From the NCBI GenBank assembly GCA_041920505.1, contig JBHGXV010000049.1:88734-120733 (forward strand): 32,000 nt of DNA, written 5' to 3'. Under the pieces are notes generated by a model, which worked only from the letters and a program-made list of their open reading frames with translations, made no database searches and had not been told where the DNA came from. A program made the position numbers and the translations under genes. Shown here piece after piece: positions 16,838-24,400 of the stretch (positions are counted from its first letter, which is position 1; the number at the start of each line of letters is the position of its first letter). This stretch comes from Paenibacillaceae bacterium. GTDB taxonomy: Bacteria > Bacillota > Bacilli > Brevibacillales > Brevibacillaceae.

Positions 16838-18067
16838 TCACCTCTGTCGCTTCGGCTCATCCCCATCTTCGGCACCCAGCTCGTCCAACGCCAGCAGCAC
16901 GTCGGATGCCGATTGGCTGTGTTCGTTTTCCGCGGGCTCCCAAGCTTTCGCCAGCTCGTCACGCATCGGCACCAGTTCTTCCATCTGCAAGACGGCAGGC
17001 GTCTCCTTCATCGCCAGCTTGTCCTCGTGCGCCGGTCTGAGGTAGACGCTATCCGACGGTTCTTTCCGGGGCGCGGCTACCGTCATCGGCTGTTCTTCCT
17101 GAGGACGCTGCCAGGTCTCGTCATCCAAAAGCGACGAGAGGTCGGAGACGAGCAACTCCTCATCCTCTCTCCAGTCGGACTCGTCCGCCGCCATAGCGGG
17201 ATGCTCGGGCTTTTCCCCGTCAACTTCGCTCCCCTCGTCCACCAGCCGCTCCAGGGAACGGCGGCGCAGCCATTCTTCCACCTCATCTTCTGTTTCCGTC
17301 AGATCCTGCCCGATGGCCGGGGCGAGGGCGGCGGCGGGTATCGCCGCCGGTTTTTCATGGCTCGCGGTCGGGTACGCCGCTTCCGCGACCGCTGATTCCG
17401 CGACTATCGATTCCTGCTGTGTCTCATCCGCGCCGTCTGCCGCTTGCCCTGCGGTTTGCAGATCGCTTGCCTGCAACGGCACCTCACCTGCACCGTCCGG
17501 CTTCAGCTCCGTTTCTTTCGCCGTCTGCGTCTCGTCTTCGTGTTCTTCGCTCTGCCGGTCGGCTTGCGACTCGGCGGCATGGGCCAAAAACTGGCGGATC
17601 AACTCGTCGATCGCTTCCTGATCGCTGGTGTAGATCGCGCCTTCGGCCGCTTCCTCGGCTCCCGCTTCGTCCGCGCGGGCAAGCGGGGGCAAGGATGCTG
17701 TATGCCTTGCATCCCCTTCCGGTCGGGGCATCACCGTCGTGGACATAAACGCGTCTTGTCCGCTGTCCGCCGCCAGTGAGGGTTCCTCAAGTGCCGTGGC
17801 CGCGTTGTTGACCGACCGCCACAGGTAGACACCCCCCAGCAAAAAGACAACGGCCGCCGCACCGTACCAGACGAGCGGAAGCCCCGCTTGGGCGACGCCG
17901 AAGAAAAACAGCAACACGCTCAGCATGGCGAACCAGGTCGCCCGGCGAAAGCTCTGTTCGATTCCGATCGGCAGGGGCAGCAGCCGTTTGCCGATCAGGG
18001 ACAAACAACCGCAGATACCCACAGCAATCCATGCTTTAATCAAACCGGCACCGCCTTTTCCTTTCAT
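16838..18067 (-). CDS. Membrane protein with 3 predicted N-terminal TM helices and a highly acidic low-complexity tail of about 325 aa; no family recognised
   Basis: 409 aa. TM candidates are LIKAWIAVGICGCLSLIG, ATWFAMLSVLLFFFGVAQAG and LVWYGAAAVVFLLGGVYLW. The remainder is E/D/A/Q-rich (for example DEAGAEEAAEGAIYTSDQEAIDELIRQF, ETEDEVEEWLRRRSLERLVDEGSEVDGEKPE). It is the first cistron of the minus-strand pilus operon, and its TGA lies inside the VanW RBS/start region. No strong RBS precedes ATG 18067, so the start is uncertain. Confidence 0.6.
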   Translation of the reverse strand: MKGKGGAGLIKAWIAVGICGCLSLIGKRLLPLPIGIEQSFRRATWFAMLSVLLFFFGVAQAGLPLVWYGAAAVVFLLGGVYLWRSVNNAATALEEPSLAADSGQDAFMSTTVMPRPEGDARHTASLPPLARADEAGAEEAAEGAIYTSDQEAIDELIRQFLAHAAESQADRQSEEHEDETQTAKETELKPDGAGEVPLQASDLQTAGQAADGADETQQESIVAESAVAEAAYPTASHEKPAAIPAAALAPAIGQDLTETEDEVEEWLRRRSLERLVDEGSEVDGEKPEHPAMAADESDWREDEELLVSDLSSLLDDETWQRPQEEQPMTVAAPRKEPSDSVYLRPAHEDKLAMKETPAVLQMEELVPMRDELAKAWEPAENEHSQSASDVLLALDELGAEDGDEPKRQR

Positions 18068-18394
18068 TACAAAAATTTCTGGTTCATTCGACTTATTTCG
18101 CGACGACGAATGGTATTTCCTGCCTGTTCACAATATGGTACTTTTTCTTTAGGAGATTCTTGGCAAACGTTGCCGCTGTTGTCACCGAACCTCAATCCGC
18201 GCTATACTGGATACTCGTCACCATCAAGCCATTCACTGGGTTTCTTTGCCACAATCTTTTTAAAAAAAGAGCGAAAAAAAACAACTGCAATCTACTACCG
18301 TACATCTTACAATAGTCCTAGACACTCTGAAAACAGGAAGGGCAATTTTTCTACAGAAATTTTAAAGAGAACGTCGAGCAATCGGGGGATGGAC
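18068..18394. promoter_or_regulatory. AT-rich divergent control region between the pilB-side operon and the minor-pilin operon
   Basis: 327 bp without a credible ORF. It is markedly AT-rich and contains A-tracts (TTTTTAAAAAAAGAGCGAAAAAAAAC at about 18257-18282). Genes diverge from both ends. Confidence 0.55.
18179..18208 (+). promoter_or_regulatory. Candidate sigma-A promoter for the plus-strand minor-pilin operon
   Basis: TTGTCA (18179-18184), 18-nt spacer, TATACT (18203-18208). This would give a leader of about 180 nt. Confidence 0.4.
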
Positions 18395-18901
18395 GTGGAA
18401 AAGACATGGCGCTGCGAGCGCGGCTCTTCGCTGATTGAGGTGATCTTTGCGATACTGGTCATCTCTGTGATTTCGCTTTCGTTTATCAAGTATTTCTATC
18501 AGGCGGAGCAGACGTCCGCCGTCTCCGACCGGAAGCTGATCGCCGCCAATCTGGCGCGGCAAGTGGCGGAACAGTACAAGACGAGGCCTTTTTCCGACCT
18601 CCTGAATCTTGCCGACCCTGACCGGTCAACACCCGGCGCTCCTCCTCCCGCTCCCTACTACGACGACAGTCTGCCGGACAACACAGTCAATGGGGTTACC
18701 TACCACACATTTGTCGAGGTGCAATCCCTGCGCGAAGACGCCCGTCTGGGGGCTTATGCCGATCGATTGCTTCGGCTTCGCGTCACCGTTTTTTGGGATT
18801 TGTCGGACAAGAATGACTTCCGCTCCCGTCCGCTTGATTTTCGCAAGCGCATTTCGTCAACGGTGGAAACATTTATGACAAGAGAGGATCTGCGCCGATG
18901 A
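18395..18901 (+). CDS. Minor (pseudo)pilin with a prepilin-type N-terminal cleavage/methylation domain (PilV-like)
   Basis: (GTG)EKTWRCERG/SSLIEVIFAILVISVISLSF has Gly-1, Glu+5 and a hydrophobic helix. GGGGGA lies 5 nt upstream of GTG 18395. The in-frame ATG at 18389 is an alternative. The track's 17888 start is an artefact crossing the intergenic region. Confidence 0.75.
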   Translation: MEKTWRCERGSSLIEVIFAILVISVISLSFIKYFYQAEQTSAVSDRKLIAANLARQVAEQYKTRPFSDLLNLADPDRSTPGAPPPAPYYDDSLPDNTVNGVTYHTFVEVQSLREDARLGAYADRLLRLRVTVFWDLSDKNDFRSRPLDFRKRISSTVETFMTREDLRR

Positions 18902-19539
18902 AAGCACTTCCGCACTGGAAACGCGAAGAAGGATTGAGCCTGGTCGAGTTGCTGGCTGGCTTGCTGCTGTTTTCGGTAGTCATCACCATGTTGTACGGTG
19001 TCCTACTGTCTGCGATCTCCCTTCAGCAAAAGGTGTCGGCGGAAACCAGCTTGCGCAATCATGCCGACCTTTTGGTAAACAACATTCTTCAATCGTTGAA
19101 AGACATGGATCAAGTCATTGACGTGACAGAATACTTCCGGCAAAAGGGCATTTCTGACACTGACGTCCCCAGTGCCATCTGGATGACGGAACTGGTCAAC
19201 GAAGGTACGGAAAGCCAGACGTTCGTTCACTATCTCCTGCTGATTCAGAGAGATTCCGCGCATCCCTCTGTCTATCATCTAATCCGGGAAACATACACCA
19301 ATCGGGACACCACGATCAGTGACACCCACCACATCAACGGTGCGATCCATCCTGACAACCAGACGCAACTGGACGACTCACAGTATCCCCTTGTGTCCGG
19401 CTCACGCATGAATGTCACCTACTACGAAGGATACGAGGTTGAGAGCGTGCTCGACCTGCATGTATGGATGGCCAAACTGGGGAAAGATGGCAAGCCGTTG
19501 GATCCGTACGAATTTCACAGCCGGATCAACGTGAACTAG
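18898..19539 (+). CDS. Minor pilin with a prepilin-type N-terminus (PilW-like)
   Basis: MKALPHWKREEG/LSLVELLAGLLLFSVVITMLYGVLL has Gly-1 and Glu+5. The start overlaps the upstream stop (ATGA at 18898-18901). Confidence 0.75.
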   Translation: MKALPHWKREEGLSLVELLAGLLLFSVVITMLYGVLLSAISLQQKVSAETSLRNHADLLVNNILQSLKDMDQVIDVTEYFRQKGISDTDVPSAIWMTELVNEGTESQTFVHYLLLIQRDSAHPSVYHLIRETYTNRDTTISDTHHINGAIHPDNQTQLDDSQYPLVSGSRMNVTYYEGYEVESVLDLHVWMAKLGKDGKPLDPYEFHSRINVN

Positions 19540-19557
19540 CCGAAAGGGGGCAACCGC

Positions 19558-21423
19558 GTGAAGATTGCCAAGGAAGAGAAAGGATACGCCGCCCTCGTCG
19601 CGATTCTGGTAATCCTGCTGTTGACCATCATCGGCACCAACCTGTTGTCTACCGTGATGAGCAGTCTTGTTCACGTGCGCAAGACGGAATCGCGCGGCGA
19701 GGCGGAATATTTTGCCCGGATGGGGATGGACGAGGCAATGGCCCGTCTTTCAAAAGCGATCGAGGAAGTCAACGAACAGGTCGCCAGCCATCCCGACTGG
19801 ACGATGGCTCCCTCCGATTCGATTGCCAGTACATATCAGACCATCCTCGACAGCCATTTTCCGATTGGGGCCAACCAGTTCCAAACGGTAACCGGCCCGA
19901 ACGGTGAACAGTGGCTCACCTCAGAGCCTGTCACCGTGGACAGCGGTATCAATGGATCGTACGAAATCATGGTCAACCGGAAAGTGATCCGCTCGTGGCA
20001 GGAGGACTCTCCCTACGTGGAGCGCTTCCTGATTCGCGTCATCGGCAAATCGACATCCGTAATTCCGGAAACGAAAGTATTAGAAGCAAAAGTATACGTC
20101 AACACGTATCCGGGCGAGTTCCATTACGTCCTCTCGTCGCCGGGCCCCATCACCGTCAACGGGGCCGCCTACGTCGAAGGCGACGCATACGCTGACTCGT
20201 TTACCCTGTGGGATCACGCGGAATACTTTTACAACGGTGTCACCTACGAGAAACATACGGCCCAGCCTACCTCTTATCCCGCGTTTGTCGGAACCATTGG
20301 CGTGCCGTACACCACGCAAGAGGATTTGAGAAACAACCGGTTTTTTGCCAAGGATGAGACGGGTGATTCCCCGTCAAATTTCGATCCCGACGTAAAGGAT
20401 ATTACCTCTGACTGGTACAAGCGCTTTTCCATGTCGCCGCGGTTGTCCCTGACGATGAAGCCGGATTTCAATTTGGATGATATGGGGGGTATCGCCGCCA
20501 TCGTCGATAAAAAGGCTAGCTTCACTGTGGCCTTACCTTTCATAAAGGACCCGTTTCCACGTGACCCGGAAATAAATCAGCGGTTTGTAGAAGTTGGGTT
20601 TAATTCTGAACCAATTAAAGAAAATAGCATTGTCGTGGAAGGCGGTCTTTTGCTGAAAGACAACGCCACTCTGGAGTCTGTGAAAGACGTAGAAGTGAAC
20701 GGTACCTTGTTTATGGAAAAAAACCTGGACGGGGACAAGAGTCTTGCGACGTTGAAGGCCGACCGCATCTACATCCACGGAGATAGCAGCTCAAACTCGG
20801 CCTCGACCAGCTTAAGTGGCAATCTCGAGGTCGGATCGTACATCTATATCAGGGGAGACGCCGTGATTCAGGATCTGCATTTCACGGGGAAGATGTACAT
20901 CGACGGCAACCTTACGATCCAAGGCAACTTCGATATGAACGGCACCATTTACGTGAACGGCACGGTGGATATTACAGAGGAAGACGCTTCCGCCAACTGG
21001 GACCCCAAACCTGACTCAACCGTTGTGATCTTGTCCTCCGGCAAGATCGAGGCGTACAACCTGAATCTGTTTAACGATACTCCACGAAAGATGCATGCGT
21101 TCCTCTACAGCGAGCAGGACATGACGCTGTACGGGATCGGCAGCAACATGACGTTCATCGGCGGACTGCACGGCCGATCGATCACGTTGAACGCGGTGAA
21201 GGGTACAGTGAATGATTTGGGCAGCGGCACGCTGAGTATCCAAAGTCAGGAGGGGTTGAAACCAAAGGACTCCCGGCTAAAAATCCTGTTTAACCCGGCT
21301 CTGTATGAATCACCTCCTCCGGGATTGCCGACAAGCCGCACAGTCTCGATTACAACCGTTTCGTACGAATTGGACACGTTCGACGCCGATCATGCCAAAG
21401 AGTTATCTCCGGCGTTGCGCTAA
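19558..21423 (+). CDS. Large PilX/PilK (GspK-like) minor pilin lacking Glu5, with a beta-helix-like C-terminal region
   Basis: (GTG)KIAKEEKG/YAALVAILVILLLTIIGTNLL is a PilX_N-like hydrophobic N-terminus with Val, not Glu, at +5. RBS AAAGGGGG lies 7 nt upstream. The C-terminal third shows recurring G(N/D)-h-x-h strands (GNLEVGSYIYIRGDAVI, GKMYIDGNLTIQGNFDMNGTIYVNGTVDI). Confidence 0.7.
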   Translation: MKIAKEEKGYAALVAILVILLLTIIGTNLLSTVMSSLVHVRKTESRGEAEYFARMGMDEAMARLSKAIEEVNEQVASHPDWTMAPSDSIASTYQTILDSHFPIGANQFQTVTGPNGEQWLTSEPVTVDSGINGSYEIMVNRKVIRSWQEDSPYVERFLIRVIGKSTSVIPETKVLEAKVYVNTYPGEFHYVLSSPGPITVNGAAYVEGDAYADSFTLWDHAEYFYNGVTYEKHTAQPTSYPAFVGTIGVPYTTQEDLRNNRFFAKDETGDSPSNFDPDVKDITSDWYKRFSMSPRLSLTMKPDFNLDDMGGIAAIVDKKASFTVALPFIKDPFPRDPEINQRFVEVGFNSEPIKENSIVVEGGLLLKDNATLESVKDVEVNGTLFMEKNLDGDKSLATLKADRIYIHGDSSSNSASTSLSGNLEVGSYIYIRGDAVIQDLHFTGKMYIDGNLTIQGNFDMNGTIYVNGTVDITEEDASANWDPKPDSTVVILSSGKIEAYNLNLFNDTPRKMHAFLYSEQDMTLYGIGSNMTFIGGLHGRSITLNAVKGTVNDLGSGTLSIQSQEGLKPKDSRLKILFNPALYESPPPGLPTSRTVSITTVSYELDTFDADHAKELSPALR

Positions 21424-21432
21424 TTCTGGATA

Positions 21433-21475
21433 AAAAAGACCACGATCCCTGCTCATCGGGAATCGTGGTCTTTTT
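21433..21475. terminator. Bidirectional rho-independent terminator between the convergent minor-pilin operon and the vWA gene
   Basis: AAAAAGACCACGATCCC, loop, GGGAATCGTGGTCTTTTT. The 9-bp core is 21438-21446 paired with 21462-21470, plus a CCC/GGG extension with one bulge. An A-run lies on one side and a T-run on the other. Confidence 0.8.
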
Positions 21476-21480
21476 GCGAA

Positions 21481-24400
21481 TCACAGTTTTTTCAGCTTCG
21501 AGCTGACGACAAACGTTCCGCTTAATTTGTAGGTGTTGACGACCTGTTTGCCGCCGCGTCTGGTATAGTTGTCGGTAATCCGTATATACACCTCATACGG
21601 TTTGTCTTGTCCGGTGATCACAATCTGGGAGGACTTGAGCGGCAACCAGTTGTTGATCACGGGCGGAGTGCCGGTGGATACATCCACGACAGCATACTCG
21701 ATTTTGCTGATGTGCCAATCCCAATCACCGGCGGATTCAGGGTCGATCGTCATATTTCGGTTAGCGTCAAACAGCGTACCCAATCGCAGCTTCGCTGTAT
21801 CGGAAGGTTCCGCGACATCGGAAGCAAAGTACGAGATCCCAGCATGATCTTTTTGCAAGGTGATGACGATCGGTTTGTTCGAAACGGTGGCAGAGGCCGT
21901 CGGTACGGCTGCCAGACGATATCCCGGACTGATGAAGAACACATCCCATTTTTGGGCGACGTGACGCGTTTTGGTTTGCTCGTTTTCCGGATCATAGACC
22001 TTGTCGTAGGCGTCTATGACCACCTTGTAAAAGCCCGGACCACCGTCAATGAAGATGTCAGACGCTTCCCAAAGCGAACCGGACGTGGCGGTCAGCGTTC
22101 CCCCCGTGACTGTGGAACCGTCGGACACCGTATCGCCGCTAATGTTCAGTTTGATAACCTTATACTCTACTTTGTCTACTCCGCTGACGTCGTCTGTCAC
22201 ATTCACCGCAAGCGAAATGTAGCGGTTGTCGTCATTCTTCGTGGCCTGGCGGATAAAGCTGTCGTCTACGATTATGCTCGGCGGCGCGTCGTCCAGCGTA
22301 TAGGTCTTGCTTGCCACCTGCCCCGCTTTGCCGAGTGAATCGACGGCCTGCGCATACACCGTCACACTGCCCTGATTGATCACAGGCGTGTCGTAGGTGC
22401 CCATGGCTCCGGAAAGTGTCTGCTTGTTGCCGCCTACCGACGTCCATACATCGATATGGTCAATCGGGTTCGTGTCCGTGGCGGTAATCGTAATCCCCTT
22501 CACGACCTTTTGAACCGCATCAACCGTACCGCCGCTGATGGTGACCACAGGGCCGGACTTGTCGATCTTGATCGTCTGCTCCGTCCAGTCGTTATCCGAC
22601 GCGCGTGCCTTGTAGCCGATGGTGGTGACGCCCTCCCGATTGATCAGGATCGGTCCCGTATAGGCGGTGGGGTCGCCGTTGTTGATCGTATAGACGCGCT
22701 GGCTCGTAGCAAAACTGTCAGGGAAGACCAGCTTGACGTACACATCCCGATCCAGCCAGTTGCTTACGTCCGTCACCGGCTGTGTCAACTGGGCGTCGTA
22801 GAAGACGAGGAACTGCGTTTGCTGATCAACCACGGTTACTTGGCTAGTGGCCGATTTACTCGGGTTGTCGACCGAGGTGACGGTAATCGTCGCCGTACCC
22901 GGTCTTACCCCGGTTACCGTCCCGGATTCGTCAACGGTTGCCACGTCGGGGTTGCTCGATTGCCAGGTGACCGACCTGTTCGTCGCGTTTGACGGGGTGA
23001 CCGTCGCGGTCAAGGTCGTTCTCTCTCCGACCTGCAAGTTGACGTTTGCGGGGGAGACCGTAACCCCCGTGACCGGGATCGCGGATTGAACCGTCACAGA
23101 GACGCGAACGGTTTTGTCCACGGCAAATCCGCCTGTTGCCTGTACCTCCACCGTGTAAACGCCGTTGTCGGCAAGTTCGATCCTGTATGGATCAGTAAGA
23201 GACTGCCAGCTACCTGCTGACGAGCCTTTCGTCACCCGATACTTGTACGAAACCTTGCCGCCGGAGTCAGGAACAAGCCGATCGATCGACACAATGGCAG
23301 GCCCGCTGGACACAGCGCCGCTCGCAAGCGATCTCCCGCTCAGTTTCTCCGTTATGACGAGCGAGGGAACAAGCGGCAACTCTGCCGTCAGGTCACGGTT
23401 TTCCGTGACATTCCGGTAGGTGACCAGCACAACCGTGTTGTCCGTATTCTCCTTGAAAGCCATGCTTGTCACCGGATACACAAGGCTTCGTCCGTCCTGT
23501 TCGAGAGTGACGGCGTCAACCGCCGTGTTGCCCTCATCCGCAACCTTCCTGATTTGCCCCGCTTCGTTTGCCTCATAGGTAAACCCTCTGTCGTCATGAA
23601 GTTTGACCGTGAGTTTGACGGGGTCCAGCGGAGCCTCGACGGCGATACTCTTTTGCTCTCCCTTGTACGAATATTGCAAGAGCGGGTTTTGCAGACGCTC
23701 GTTTAGCGCCCAGTCCACGGATACGCGCAGTGTCCGGGTTTGCCCGGTCGAAGGCTGAAACACTCCGTTATTGATGTTGACCGGATCGAACGTAATTTCT
23801 GCACGTGTCCCATCTGCTTCCGGAGAGGTGCGGACAAACGAATCGCCCGAATTCACCACGGTAATTCCTTTGGGAAGATGTTGCACCAACGTAACGTTGG
23901 AAAGTTGCCCTTGATCTGATTTGTCCAAATCACCAATTGGCGCAATCGAATACCGGATGTCAAAGACATTGTTATTCAGATTGGTTTGTACGGATTTTAC
24001 CAGTCCGGACACGTCAGAGCCATAGCTCATCGTTGCCTGGAAAGTCGGTTCTTGCTTGTCAACCACTTTGATATGAACCGGGTGGATGTTTTTGACTTCC
24101 CTGACCGTCCCGTCGAAATACCGGTAGGTTAGCGTCATGTCGTTAAACACGTAGTTCCCGGTTTCGAGAAACTCCAGCGGCAGCATGTACGATTGCGGAC
24201 TGGGCGTTGGCCCGCCGACCGTGTACGGGACGTCGTTCATGTTGATGACCGCGTAGTCGCCATCCACATACGCCTTGGCTCCCGCAGCCAGCCGTACCCG
24301 GTCTTTTAGCTGCTGGTCCTTGATCCGGACTTTCAGTTGCACCTCGCTCAAGGCCAAACGATTGATATCGTCGGTAATGGAGCGGAATACGCTGCTCAGA

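Noticed and set aside
18150-18395. Possible c-di-GMP riboswitch in the minor-pilin leader, prompted by a GGCAAAC string at about 18161-18167 and by the clostridial precedent of c-di-GMP riboswitches upstream of pilin genes
   Set aside because: GGCAAACGTTGCC is just a 5-bp hairpin that lies upstream of the candidate promoter. The remainder of the leader is AT-rich with no GEMM-I/II-like helices or conserved CGCAAAGC-type elements. Only 23 nt separate pilC from pilA, so no riboswitch precedes the major pilin either.
21481-21560. Search for a sortase (LPXTG) or other cell-wall anchor at the C-terminus of the vWA protein
   Set aside because: The C-terminus reads ...YKLSGTFVVSSKLKKL with no LPXTG-like motif, hydrophobic stretch or charged tail. 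No anchor can be claimed.
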